Below are positions 11,904 through 25,819 of a stretch of DNA of 58,639 nucleotides, in pieces. Made by a program: the position numbers and the translations under genes. The stretch's first letter is position 1; each line of letters begins with the position of its first letter. The stretch covers positions 1,054,001-1,112,639 of the forward strand of contig CP120459.1 in assembly GCA_034226945.1 (NCBI GenBank), written 5' to 3'. The DNA comes from Picochlorum sp. SENEW3. Lineage: Eukaryota. Below the pieces are notes generated by a model. It did not search any database and was not told the origin of the DNA. It saw only the letters and a list, made by a program, of their open reading frames with translations.

Positions 11904-14900
11904 ATGGTGTGACTGTATCAGCGCATGGGTCGTTTATTTGTTCGCCGTTCAGAGAGCACTGTCAAAAGACATGACTCGTAGCATACGGTTGTCTGAGGGT
12001 GATAAAGATATCAATGATATCTTAGATCACATTAATAATGGAATGGTACGCGCCGAGATGGTCAGCTGCTGTGGATTTTTTGTGACGGGGTACATGACAC
12101 ACCGCCTTGCTCTGCAGGATCTACCGAGCATCTTTCCTTCGTTGCGGGATGGCACTTGGACGGACCAAAGAGCATCATCCTTGCTCGTAGGACTACTGGA
12201 GAGTGTGGCACGGGGAACGCTGCGGCCTTTGGGGTTCGTGCAGTGTCTCCGGGAGATGGCATATGCGAAGACGAGAGAGCGGGAGTATGAAGTTGGTGAT
12301 TTGATTTGGATGACGTGGCTTTTGAGGGGATTGTGCTCCGGTGAACTGTCAGAGGAGAAGAAGGAAGCAGCCCAGAACCTGGTTGACTGTGCACGGGAAC
12401 TCCTGCAGGAGGGCTACTTGTCCAAGAGAGTTCTGATGGAGGTGAGCGATGGAGAATTCATGGAAGTGGCAGGATTAGTGAGTTCGTACAGGGATGGCTG
12501 GAGGAAGAGGGAGATCAGGCTGAACACTCGTAATGTGTATGCCCAGCGCAAGTTCAATTTGTTGAGGGAGGAATCGGAGGGGTATTCCAAGATTGTGACA
12601 GTTCTAAACCAGGCAGGCTCGGCAAGAGTATCAAAGACAAACCTGAGCGGTGTGGTCGCAGAGATCAAGTCGTTGATTGGGTATTTCGATTTGGATCCCA
12701 ACCGAGTTTCTAGTCTTATTCTGGATGCGTTTGCAGTGTATCCCCACAATGAATCATTCATCACTTTGATTGAAGAATTCGGTGTTTTGAAATGTGTGGA
12801 ATTTTTGGGATTCAGGTTTTCGAGGGATGACGGCATCCACAAGGGATTATACAAGAGTGCTGCCTTGCTCATCTTGCATGGGCTGGTTTCGTTGGATGAC
12901 TTGCTCGTCCATTTCACTCCGACAGAGGAGGAGTACAAAGATTTGTGGAATACAAAAATGACAAGATTAGAAGATTCGGTGAAAAAGATCGGTATGGTAT
13001 CGCTGGCAGGCAAAGATGATGATGGTGACCAGATGATCAAGAAGCAGGCTGGACAGACTGCGAGGACAATAGCCATTGATACCAAACAGTATCGAGATCA
13101 GTTGTGGATGGATACTTGTGAAGTAAATGGAGGCGAAAGGAGCAATTTAAAAATGCAGGAGGTGCCTGACAAGCGATTAGAACTGTTAGCAGAGCTTTTC
13201 ACATGCGGAGCATGGGACCATGCGACATTATTCATCAAGTATCTGCGAACATTGGGCGTCTCGGATGTTGCATCGTATACAAGTGTAGGAGAGGCATTGT
13301 GCCGTGTCATTATCAAAGAAATTCCAGACAGTAACCACGCAGGTGAACAGGTGGTCCTCTCTGATTGTGCCCAGGATGCCATTGGACTCATTGGCTGCCA
13401 CCTGCACTACAATTTGAAGGCATTTGGAAAAGTTTTGGGTGTTGTATCCAACTTTTACGAAACAGGTGACGCTGTGAGAGGAAGACAAATGCTTGTGAAT
13501 ACCATCCTTCCAGCATATACATTAGTGCCTTCAAATGTGGCCTTGTCCCATTACCTCTGGAATGACGTCCTGTCCAAACTGCCATACACTGACAGATATG
13601 AGATTTACGCTGCATTTGAAGAGAAAAAGAGCGATCTTGTCTTTGTGAGGGCTTCGGAGAAAATGGCAGAGACAGAAGTGAGGCGCATTCTACGAAGGGT
13701 CACAGCTCCATCCAGCCGAAGGGAGGCTAAGATGACCGTGAGACCTATCAGTAGACTTTTGGGGAAAATCTGCCATTCAAACCAATTTACAATCTGCCGA
13801 CAGCTCCTTCGACAGGTCATGGGGATGCCTGGCATGGTTGTTTCCATATCTGAGTCATTGAAGTATCTTACCCCTTTCACCTTTGACGCTATGACATTTA
13901 CCATTTTGAGACAATTGTCCAGCGGAAAGCGGAAATTGAAAGAAGATGGAGTCAACCTAGAGGAATGGTTCCAATGGCTCGCTCTATTCACTGGCATTGT
14001 CAGCAGGAATCAAAGGTGCGAACTCCTTCTGCGTTTTATGGCTTTTATCCAACGAGCGTGATTGGGCAAGTATACCACGGAGATCATAACTATTTATTTC
14101 TTACGTTCTGCAGTAATATTGAGGTAACAGCGCTGCTCCAGTATATCGTCAACCAACTAAAGGGATCAGAATCAATAGATCTGCTGGTCTTGAAGGAGAT
14201 AATCTCGACAATGACCAGAATATCTCCCTCGGTGGACGTCAGCAACCAGCAGCTCGACACACTTGCAGGGAGCGATACATTAATCAACTATGTGATTGGA
14301 CAAGAGGAAGGTGGCAAAGAAACAGGTGGGAGAAAGGACACTGTGAAGGCAACGAAGAGACTCCTGGACTCGCTCAGGAAGGGGTCTCAGAACAATCAAC
14401 TGTTACTTCCTTTGCTTATTCTCCTTGCACAGCAACGAAAACTCATAACGCTTCACCCCCCATCGAAGCATCTCAAACTTGCCACTGAATTGGTGGACAA
14501 GTGCCAGGAAGTGACGATGCAGTACATTGAATTTCTGCAGAAGTCCTTGGCTGAAGTGGAGTACAGCAATTTGCTGCCATCAATAGAGGACCTGGTAACG
14601 GAGTATAAGATTGATGCCGAAATCATTTTACAACTGTATCGACCCTTGCTGAAACGCGTGAGCATCGACTCAGTGGTTGGAGAGGAGGCCATTGATGAAG
14701 AAGGTGAAATATCACCGAAAGAAACGCATGGGGTTGATCCTGGCCAGGACGATGCGAAGAAAGACGAAAGCACAGTCATGGAGACCCCAAAGTTGCCTTC
14801 TGACTGGTCGCATGTACAAATATCTCTCACAAAGCTGGCACCAGATGAGGACTTCAGAGGCATTTCCTGGGAACTCTACCTTATATTTTGGGCCTTCGAA

Positions 14901-16665
14901 CTTTCCGACTTGCTAGTGCCAAAAGATAGGTATCAATCAACCCTCAAACAAGTTGAAATATCAAGGAGGAACATACAGGATGACATTGCTGCCGCTAAGA
15001 GGGATGGTGTGAGAGGGCATTGGGGAGACCAAAACTCGCCGCAAGTGGACGTGGGAGCCCTCAAAGCTGAGTTGGCTGCATTGGACAATGTGTACAATAC
15101 TCTTCCAGACGATCTCAAATCCCAAGAGGACAATGCAAAAGTTTGTGCGCAAATGGCTGCGAAAACAGCGGATCTCTGGTATGTCGCCGCTTTCAGTGCA
15201 TTCTGATATTGGGCATGTGTGAGATGTCTTGTTGTTTTGTGTTTGCAGGGTGAAGAAAGCCGATTTGGAATCGCAAGCGGCCGCCGCAAAAGAGTTTGTA
15301 CAGCACTGTATTTTGACAAGGTTGTTTTTGTCGCCCAAAGATGCGATCTATTGCGTGGAATTTCTTCGTTTGATTCATAAACTTTGTCCGCCTGGACTCA
15401 GGCTGCTCTCTGTTGTGGACCGCCTTTTCAAAGAACTCGGATTTATGGTTCGTTGCTGCACTGCGCGAGAGTCAATAAATCTAGGGATATTCTTCTGTGA
15501 TTTAATGAGTTTGGTATCCCGATGGAGGTCCAAAAATGTGTACGAAGAGGAATGCTCAAAGTCTGAGGTTTTCAAATCTTACAAAAGTGGCAACCTTGAA
15601 CCCGTCTCCCATGAAGAATTCATCCGACTGAGCGCGAACTGGCATAAACGTTTGACTCTAGATGTATTCAAATCTTGTATAGTCAGCAATGACTACATGC
15701 AGATGAAGAATGTGCTGCTTGTCCTGAACAGAATGGTGAGGATCTACCCAGCAACACAGGAGGATGCAGAGGAACTCCTTATCACACTAAAGCCCATGAG
15801 CGAGTCCGATGAAAGGGAAGATTTGAAGACACTTGCAAGGATGTATTGCACAGGACTGGAAATGTCAATTAGGGATAGGCAAATGGTGGCTACTCGACAG
15901 GAGTATGCTGGCCTTCCACCTCCTCCAAAGAAGAAGACCGATGGGGGCGCTCCGCAGGAGAACCAGTCGACTAAATCAGCAAAACAAGCGCAAGAGGAGA
16001 AGAAAGATACCAAAGATTCAAAGAGAAAGAGGCCCGAAAGTACTCATGCCACTGGTGGCCGTGGGGACAACAACACCGAGAACCCAAAAGCAAGAAGCAA
16101 GTATAGGGATGATAGGAATGGAAACGGCCAAATGCAGAAACAAGAAGCACCAAAATCGACAGTGGATAATGTCAAGCCAGAAAAGGGGGGCTCAACGAAG
16201 CCCTCTCGCCCTGCCAAATCAAGGCGGGAGAGGACTGAGAAATCTGGAGCCATTCCAGAAAGGGCAGAACAAAACAGAGACTTTGCAGACAAGAGAGCAG
16301 GAAGAAAATCAAGTGATGGAACCACCAAACCCCCTAGAAATCCGGAAAGAACTACTGGGGACTCGTCAGCACGCCGCCACGAGCCAAAGAATGAGGGGAG
16401 GAACTCAAAGAGCAGAGATCTGAAAAAGCGCTCTCGGTCAGACGAGGACATCTACTCCCGGAACGACCAATCGAAAAGATCTCGGCGAGATGAGGGAGCG
16501 AAAAAAGAAAGGAAAAAGTCGCCATCACGTGGAGATGAGACGAGGAGTAAGCGGAGTTTCCGCACTATAGCATCCCCACCATCTTCCCGCCATGGAACCT
16601 CCAGAAGACCCCATACAGAAGGGACGGCGCAGAGAGATCATAGAAGGGACAGAAGAAAGAGATAG
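11904..16665 (+). CDS. THO2: THO complex subunit 2 (multi-exon; introns include 14016-14113 and 15179-15248)
   Basis: YAQRKFNLLREESEGYSK, SLIGYFDLDPNRV, KLKEDGVNLEEWFQWLA, EREDLKTLA and a Lys/Arg-rich tail. Start codon inferred. Confidence 0.92.
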
Positions 16666-16676
16666 ATATTTAAACA

Positions 16677-18576
16677 TTATTTCATCGATGGAATCCAATA
16701 GAACAAGGACTGGGCTTCCTCAAGCTGTTGCCGCATGGCGTTGAATTCCAGAGTCGACGCATGGAGAACAGTCTTCACTGCGGGCAAGAGCACTTCACAT
16801 TCCTGCAGTTTGCCTTTTAGACAGCATTCGATATACTTCATAACTATATTTTTCCTGTAAATTGTATCAGTGTCTTCAATCTTTGTGTCTTGCATTACTG
16901 CCCTTGTGGGAGTTCCTTGAGAATGCTCAACTGCTCGCTTCAGAGCTCTGTTTTTCAAGGTCAGATCTTCCACTGATTGCGTCGATGCCAATAAGGCTGC
17001 CTCGAGACGGTCCACTTGCACCTGGGAATACTCTTTTAATTTCTCATGCGCCATGTGCAAATCATTCAGTTGTGTTTCTGCGTGCTCTAGTTTCATCTGC
17101 AGGCGGTGACACTCCTTCTCATAGGCAATCAACTTCTTTTCATTTGTTTGGTTGGACAAGTGCAAGTTCTTCAGTCGAATTTCTGCCATTTCCAGTTCTT
17201 CTGACGCCATCTGGTCCACATGAGAATCTTCTGAAGCGTTGATGCGGCTCTGAAGAGTTTCTAGTTCAACCCTCATCTTTTCTCGCCGCACCTCACTCTC
17301 CTCTATGGCCCTCACAGCTGTGCTCAGCTCAGCCTCCAACGAGGCCGCAGTCTTTGCCGTCAAGACTAGTTCCTCCTGTGTAGTTTTTAACTTTTCGAGC
17401 GCCTCTTCAAGGCGATCTTTTACGCTGCTGTCTTTCCGATCTATGCATCTCATATCTGCCAGGAGAGATTCATAATACAATACTCTTGCTTGCAGCTCGT
17501 CCCTGTCTGACAATATGCTTCCCATTTCTGCCACTTCTGCGAGTGCTTTAGACAATGCTATTTCATTTGCCTGTAGTTTTTTATCAAGCTTTCTATTCTT
17601 CCCCACCTCTGCGGCGATGGTGTCATTCAAGCTTCTGTTCTGCTTGAAGAGATGAGAAACCTTTGCAGACAGCTCCTCGTGAGATTTCGAAGCAGCCTGT
17701 TGTGAACTTTTCTGAGAGAGAGACAACTCCTTCTCCAGAGCATCAATTTTGGACTGCATTTTAGCAATCTCGTTCACATGGGCGGTCTGTTGTCCTTTGA
17801 GCGACTCTATCTCTGCCTGTTGCGTGGATGACATGTGCTGAAACTTTTCCAGCTTCTCCTCTGCTGATGCACGCCCCATCTCTGCCTCATACTGAGCTTT
17901 CTGTGCAATATGTACAAGAGACTCGGTCTCATTGGCATCGCTATTGCCATCCTCACCATCACTGGGAACAGGGTTCTCTCCCCCACCCATCCCCTTCTTC
18001 AGCAACTCGTTTTCCTTCCGCAACGAATCAATCTCGTATCCCGCGGCCAGAACCATAAATTCACTAAGAGCGGCATCCTTTGCAACCATCTTGTCTATGT
18101 CTGAATTTATCCGAGTCACACCCATGTGGGTACCCCTGTTGGACTTCTGGAGTGCCTCTCTCAGTGCCGCATTCGCCATATACAACTCGTGCTTCTCTTT
18201 CAAATGGAGTTTCAACAAAATCTTCAGATCTGCATTGTCATACCACCTCAATTGACGGGCACTGTCCACAGGCACACTGATAGTCTGTCCGCCAGCTGCA
18301 GCTCCTCTCTCAGCCTTGTCGCCAGTGCCCCCTCCACCGCTGGCCTCTTGGCCCACCGAAGGAAAGCTTTGGGACGAAAGCTGTTGCCTAAGCCTGCATA
18401 AAAACAAATTGGACGTCACACCCCCCTGATACGACCACCACTTCGACCATAAACGCCCTTGGGCAGGGTGTCGGTTGGTAACGTTCGCACCTCGTAGCAC
18501 CATCCGTGATGTTGCTATTCAGGCCTTGAACAGTGCTCTGAAACTTATTTTGAAGATTTTGAAACTTATTCTGCAT
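16677..18576 (-). CDS. Long coiled-coil golgin-like protein with a GRIP-like C-terminus; intron 18490-18394
   Basis: Extended heptad repeats; C-terminal IYRKNIVMKYI...LLPAVKTVL resembles the GRIP YLKNV motif. Confidence 0.6.
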
Positions 18577-18980
18577 CCTAATCTAAAGAACTCAACCGCT
18601 TCTCAGTCTGACAACAGCAACCTTGCATCGAACAGAAAAAATGAAACGCCAAGAAATAGTACTAGTAGGTCATTCGTGCAACATGAAATCATTTAACTGT
18701 ATTGTATTCCTCCGTTTCATGGAGACGAGGTGCTTCAACCTGTGAGATGCCGGCATCCATCATGGATCAATCCCAACAACAATTGTTGCAACTGCAGTTC
18801 CAACTCAATTACTATTAAGTTGGCTTTGTGAAACGATGCATGACCAGTATTTTCGCTTCCATGAATAGATACGCAGTACCTTGATGTCCACAGATGATAT
18901 TTATGTATAGTTTGGCACACTATCTGTGTGCGTGAGGACATCCCGTGAGGACATTTAGGAGCGTAGTCAACCAGAGCGCC

Positions 18981-19660
18981 ATGCTGGAACTCACGCGAAC
19001 ACTTCAGAACAAATCAATCGTGTTAGCATCTGCTTCTCCTCGGCGGAGAGAGCTCTTGGGGCAGATTGGTCTTCGGTTCAAGGTAGGTTGGAGGCATGTC
19101 AACCTGCACTGTGGCAGATTGGATCAATGTTTCAAGTTTATATATAGGTGATTCCCAGTACATTTGAAGAGAATCTTGACAAAAATCTACCAGCCGCGCA
19201 GTATGCGCAAGAGACCGCCCTCCACAAGGCACGGCAGGTGTATAGAAGCCTCCAGACGGCAGGAGAGAGGGTTCCCGACATGGTCATTGGGGCCGATACA
19301 GTTGTCGAACGAGATGGAATCATTTTGGAAAAGCCTGAGGACAACCTAGACGCGGCAGCTACGTTGCGGAGCCTGCGTGGGAAAACACACCAGGTGCACA
19401 CTGGGGTGGCAATCATTGACTCGTCAGCTGACGAGTGCTCGTTTACCGAGACCACAGTGGTGTCTTTCATGGACTTTAGTGATCAAGATATTGATGAATA
19501 TATTGCATCTGGAGAGCCCTTTGGCAAGGCTGGCTCGTATGGCATCCAGGGCAAGGCAGCTGCCTTTGTGAAGGGGGTTGAGGGATGTTATTTCAACGTT
19601 GTTGGATTTCCGCTGCACCGATTCCTAAGAGAATTGGACCAGTTCATGTCCAATGCTTGA
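18981..19660 (+). CDS. Maf-family nucleoside triphosphate pyrophosphatase (YhdE/ASMTL type); intron ~19083-19148
   Basis: LASASPRRRELL, IGADTVV, LEKP, KAGSYGIQG, NVVGFP. Confidence 0.92.
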
Positions 19661-19979
19661 GAGATTTTCAATGCGGTGATCCCAATGGGATCGTAGATCT
19701 GCGATCCTCTAGCTAGAGGACGATGACGTACGCGTACGTTAGTAGCAGTAGGGCGTTAGGGTCAAGATAGGGTTAATGCCGAGGGCATCTCCTAGGGCTG
19801 AAAAATAATTATTCTATTACATGTCGAAAAGTTTGAAGATTAAACAATACTTGATTTCCGAATGACAGATAATCGCCGTGGTGTACCGTGGTGAAACGAG
19901 AGCGAGTGAAGACCCAACTGGTCCCATTCATTCCGCAGAACGACCTGTAGACGAGTGATACACGAGTGTGAAGTAGAAC

Positions 19980-22432
19980 ATGAAGAAATTTATAAATTCT
20001 ATCAAACAATGGCCTAGCAGGACCAAGGCAGGTATCGACGGGTTCCTGTACAACAAATTGCACTTTCAGGACAAACAGGTTGACCTCCTGTGGCATTACC
20101 TCTGTACGTGAGATCAAAGGGCTGCGAGGCTCATGACGCAATTGCTTCCAAGCATATATTTTGAATACAAGATTAACTGGTACTCTCTCACCATGATGTT
20201 GTGCAGCTGGACTGTGGGACCAGATATTGGCCATTATCCCTATATCAGTGCTGCAGATTGCGGTGCTTGGAATATTTTATCAGCAGACTATTTACGACCC
20301 AGGACTTCAAGTCATGGGTCTCATATTGGCTATTATCGGACTGACGCTGTTTTTGGATGGACTGCGTGTGTCCATCATGCCAATGGCAGAGTGTGTGGGA
20401 CAGGAACTGCCCCAACGGCTTCATCTTGTGTTTGTGCTGTTCGTGGCCTTCATTTTGGGAATATTAGTGACGTATGCCGAGGTACGATGATTTAAGGTTT
20501 TAGCGTTCTTGGGCTTGATTCTGACGGAGTCGTGTGCGATATGCAGCCGGCGATTTCTGCACTTCGCCCACTGGCAGAGCTTGTGAACCCCAATGATGCC
20601 CCATACCTATACTTCCTCATGAATACACAGCAAGAATTGATGGTTCTTGCCATTGGACTTGGTGTTGGAGTCGCGGCAGTGATAGGGACGCTGCGCTTCA
20701 TTAAAAATTGGAGTCTCAAACCTCTCATCTACATGACCTTGGCCCCAACAGTCGGGCTGGCCTGCTACATGCAATGGGGCAATCCTGACCTGGCGCCTTT
20801 GATTGGTCTCTCTTGGGATTGTGGGGCTGTTACCACTGGACCAGTGACAGTCCCAGTGCTTTTGGCGCTGGGAATCGGTGTCATGCAGAGTTCGCGCAAG
20901 AAGCGCCTTGCACAGGCTGCATTGGAGGGTAGTGTTGCAGCTGGAGCAGGTAACGCCTTGGAGGGCTTTGGGATCGTCACCCTTGCGTCCCTGTTTCCAA
21001 TTTTGGCGGTTGAGCTCATGTCAATCATTGATGGTGCGATATACGATACAGAGTATGTCACAAACAAGGCTTTGGAACAGTATAACAGCACCTCGGACCC
21101 CAATCCGGTTGATGAGCCCCCACTCAGCGGGGTTGTGTACGGCATTCGATCCATCATGCCTCTGGTAGCTGTGCTGTTCATTATAATTCTCATAGTACTT
21201 AGGAGACCCTTGCCAGAATGTACAGTATGGGTGGAGGCTGCCAGACAGAAGGACGACTCTGTTTCAAAGGAACAGGGCTCACGACTTGACAGGGCTAGTG
21301 TTGCCATCTCAAAGCTCAACCGCACAGAGTCGGAGTCGAGTTTTGAAGACATCGAAAGCAAGAAGTCATCTACAATCGATGGTGGCAGTCCAAAGACAAC
21401 CGAACCCAACAATTCAGACGAGGAACAGTCAGCCCCGCCTGGAGCAAATGGCACTGTGGATGTGGTCACAGAACAGCCCAAGAAGAAACCGTTTATTCTC
21501 CTGCGTTGGCTGTTCGCATGCGGACGATGGTGCCGACACAACGCTCCGTTATTGGTCGGAGTAGCTCTGGCGCAAATTGGAATGATTTCTTTCAATGAAG
21601 GCCTGGCATATGCTTTCACAAAGCTTGGATCACAAACTGGTCAGGTGTTGCCTGGTGCATTCTTGGAAGTTGAGGCCGTTCCGGATTCGCCATTGTATTC
21701 ATATGCAGGTGGTCTTATCCTGGTGTTGATCGTCATCTTTTTCATTGGTGTTTTGGCAACCAGGGCAGAGCCCGCCCTGAATGTGTTGGGGCGAACGGTT
21801 GAACGGTTGAGCAATGGCTCCTTCACATGCCGAATGCTGATTGGTGCGGTCTGCGTCGGCGTGGGCATTGGGATGGCTGTTGGATCTGTCAAGATCCTGT
21901 ATCAGCTTCCAGTGGTGTACTTCATTCTGGCAAAATATGCGATTGCTGTCGGACTGACAATTGTGACTGGAGATGCAATCACTGCCGTCGGTATGTTGTC
22001 TGAATTTGTAGATGTGGGAGCAAACATGCTTTGATTCTGGTCTTTTTTTTCTCTGCAGCTTGGGATTCCGCTGGCGTGACCACTGGCCCAGTGACGGTGC
22101 CCTTTGTTCTCTCCATTGGCATTGGATTCTCCGAGGCCGTGAAATCGACAGAGGGCTTTGGCATTCTGACAATCATGTCTGTCTCTCCAATCATCTCCGT
22201 GTTGCTCACGTCCCTCCTCAGGAAGCCTGCAAAGGCAGCAGGAAGAAAGATGTCGAAACTGAACAGAACATTCAAAAACTTGACGACGTTCAACATGAGG
22301 AAAAGGATGGACATTACACCATCGTTCGCCATGGCGACGTTTGAGGACGCAACACCATCACAAAGCAGGGAGCCATCGGCTCACGGTGGTACCGAATTCT
22401 CTCAACGCGAAGAAGCCTCTACGAGCGTGTAA
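19980..22432 (+). CDS. Polytopic membrane protein with two DUF1538 domains (3 predicted introns)
   Basis: Repeated AEPA(L) and WD(C/S)(G/A)xVTTGPVTVP...EGFGI motifs. Exons join in frame through GT-AG introns near 20104-20207, 20482-20546 and 21991-22057. Confidence 0.8.
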
Positions 22433-22541
22433 TTGTTTGGATTCTTGATTATATTTAATTAGCGCTGTTTTTTCTTTTGTTTTCGTAGTATACTGTTGTA
22501 AATGTAGCGAGGAGTAAGGCGCAACACCGCCACATGCACAC

Positions 22542-23964
22542 ATGTCAACGTGTCTTAGGGATACCTCGCTTGTGGCAATCGGGGCTGGTTTAGGAATAAG
22601 TTTGGTCTACGTATTAGCATCCAAGTATACAAAAAGATTAGAAAAGGAGTATGATGAATTCGTAGGGCACGATGGGACGGCCTCAGCGAGGGGGTTGTCA
22701 GGGGAAGCTTTGGAGGGTGACGACATCGTGAGGGAGCAATTGACCCGCAACATCCAATTTTTTGGGTTGGATGGACAGAAATACATCACAGAGTCGTTCG
22801 TGGTCGTCGTTGGACTAGGTGTACGCTGTCGCGTTGGCTCGCATATGCTCTTCACAGTATCATGATTGCATTGTATTCATTCTGCTGCAGGGGGTTGGGA
22901 GTCATGCCGCTCACATGCTATTACGAGCGGGTGTCGGCAAACTTCGCTTGGTTGATTTTGACCAAGTCTCCCTGTCGTCTCTGAACAGGCACTGCCTAGC
23001 AACAAGGGAAGATGTGGGGACTGAAAAGGCTGCCTGCCTTGTCAAATATTTCAGAAAGATTTTCCCAGAGGTGCAGCTAGAATCGATGTGCAAGATGTAC
23101 TGCAAGGAGACGGAAGACAGCATCTTGTCGGGCGAGCCTGATTTTGTGCTTGATGCGATAGACAACATTGACACCAAGGTTGATCTTGTGGGAGCTTGCC
23201 ACCTCAGAGGGATCCGTGTGTTATCGGTGGCAGGAGCAGGGGCGAAGGCAGATCCGACTCGCCTTCGATTCGTAGATATTGCTGAATCTTGTGCGGATCC
23301 CCTGGCTAGGTCAGTTCGTGCCCGGCTGAAGAGAGAGTATGGCATCAGCTCCGGGGTACCCATGCTGTTGTCAACAGAGCGACCACGGTGTGGTCTCGTT
23401 GATGCCGGGGAAGAGGGCGACCAAGCCCAAGATATGCTGCAATATCAAATTGTTCCCAACTTTAGAATAAGAACAATCCCCGTGTTAGGGACGACACCAG
23501 CCATTTTTGGGATGGCTGCTGCAGGATATATCCTGTGCGAGCTCGCACAGCAGAGGCTTGACACGGAGCCCTTCTTCAGGTTGCCCGCCAAGTCGATACA
23601 AACACAGTATCATAGATTAGAAGCAAGACTTGGACGGGAACCAGGGGTTGATATGGCAGAGGTGGAAGTTTTGATCAGGGAGATTTGGAGAGGGGAGAGT
23701 GCTAGAGCAACAGAGCCTTCGCCAGCCACAAAAGGTCTATCCAAAAACTTGGGCAATTTGTTTCTGACTATTTGGGACCCGTCGAGAAGTGACACAGTAG
23801 ACAATTTGGTCCTGTTAACCAGAGAGGAAGCAGACATGCATGATGAGCAGATGAGCAAGCCTGGTGGTTTTGCAGACTTGTGCCAGACTGAGGTGGAGTT
23901 TGCCACCAGGGTGGAGAGTCGACTGCAGAGAGCAAGGGTGGATTTTAAATACGGATACTATTGA
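22542..23964 (+). CDS. tRNA threonylcarbamoyladenosine dehydratase (TcdA/TCD1-2, ThiF family); intron 22821-22890
   Basis: EQLTRNIQFFG, VVVGLGGVGSH, DFDQVSLSSLNRH, DAIDNIDTK, DPLARSVR; N-terminal TM anchor. Confidence 0.9.
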
Positions 23965-25530
23965 CTCTTATAATTGTTGCCAAAAACAGGCCGGAGCCAT
24001 ACGTCAGTGCCTGGGATGACAGCTCCAGGCTCCACAAACCTTTGAGTGAAAAAGGACATGGCGCGATGAAGAACGGGATTCGCGATGCGTTCCAGGTCCA
24101 TTTCTGATTCTTCTAACATATTGCTGTCCACAAAATGAAGTGCTGCTGACGCGGTATCTTGATCAAGGGAGGAGGCAGGAGTCATTGCCAGAGAAGACAC
24201 ATCCTCTGCATACGGGACTTCTTTTAGAATAAGATATCCAGGGTTGTCTGCAACGCCGATACCTATGGCTAATTTAACACTGGCACCAGCCCTGAGAACC
24301 ATGCGTATGAGGGCCACTTGTTCTTCCTGGACCATTGCATGCGCCAACGAGGAGAGGGCACCTGCTGCTTTTGATGAACTCTTGTCAGCACACAAAATCT
24401 TCGACGTCTGCAAATTCACGGCCACTCTTAGATGTCTACCTATTATCAAATCAAATGTGATTGTCAACATACCCCCATGCATGATACGCATGAAATGGCC
24501 TTCTTCGCCATGAACCCAATGATCTGAATACCTCTTTCAGGAGTAATCTTTGACAAATCAACCAGGGGGTCACTCATTGGCACGATGGACCTTGAAAACT
24601 GCACATGGTACACAATAGCAATTAGTGTTGTAATCTCCCCACCTTGCATTGCCTCGCACATACCCTGAATCCCCTGACCCTATCTTCTACCTCTATTGGG
24701 TATTCTTGCCTGATATCATCCTCTCTATAATACCCTGCCACCGCAACCCCACCAGCAGATTGGTATGGCCAAGGTGCAGCAGACTCTTGAACATCTGTCT
24801 CCGTGGCAAGATGACTAGCGTTCCCCAGAGAGGGAAACGGCTCTTTCTTCAACTTGAGAATCACTTTGACTGGTATTTCCAGGCTGTTTCCCAGCTTCAT
24901 CGTGTGACTATATAAAGTATGCGCATCTTTGTTCTCTTTGATCGGGAAACAAGTCCTGAGCTGGTAGAGGGTGTGCACAGGCTTGACTTGAACAGACTTG
25001 CCTAATTCCCAGGCCCAGTGGTCTGATGCGCACCTCGCCTGCTCCTCATCATGCATACAATGAATCAATGTGAACAATATAGATGCGTCTGCTAACTGTT
25101 CTATAGTACTTTTTGCCACACCACCTTCCCCGGACTCAAATGTTGACAAGACAACAATTCTCTGCTTGGCTGCTTTCTTTTTCTGTTCGGTCGTGGTCCT
25201 CAAAACCTCCCCAGCCACACGCACAGCGGCATCCATTGACCCTTTATCACTGCCCATCGTCGGAGGAGGAAGTTGCTGCAACGTCTTCAGCAAATCTACC
25301 CCAACAGTTTCAAGGGACTGAACAACAGTCACGTGCTCGTAGGCGTCCCCATCTGTCCCATCAAACAATGGATTGCTCGTCGTATCGCATCCAAATATAA
25401 CTATTCCAACTTCATGGTTTGGCTTGTGAATCAGCTTCTCGTGCACAAAGGTTTGGAGGGCTGTTTTCGCACTCTCGAAAAAGGGCGAAAACGACGCCCT
25501 GCAGTCGAGAACCACGACCGCCTTCTCCAT
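23958..25530 (-). CDS. KU80: Ku80 (XRCC5)-like NHEJ subunit, divergent and short; about 2 introns
   Basis: vWA start AVVVLDC...HEVGIVIFG...NPL...YEHVTV; core RGFRFSRSIVP...GIQIIGF, ALSSLAHAM, VPYAEDV, IANPVLHR. Confidence 0.75.
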
Positions 25531-25819
25531 TCTCCTGGATTCCTCCTTGCGTTTTGTTCCTTTTTTTCTCTCCCTCTTCCCGTAGGATATCGCGCTCAAC
25601 GCGTGGTTTTTTGTCGTTTGAAAGAAACTTCCTTAAATTGAATCTGAAAGAAGAACCTGAACAACTTTTCAACCGCGCCAACAGGGGGTTCCACGACAAT
25701 TCCAATGCAGCAGAGAATTGAAATGAATCACTTTTTTATGAAATACCGTGAGATAAATCCCTAGAGTGGAAGCGTTACCTTGGGTCAGATTTAAATTGTC
25801 GTTGTTGGTCGCCTTTTTG

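Noticed and set aside
19725..19800. Palindrome ACGTACGCGTACGT and scattered TAGGG motifs as an interstitial telomere
   Set aside because: Not tandem; more consistent with ordinary promoter or telobox-like motifs.
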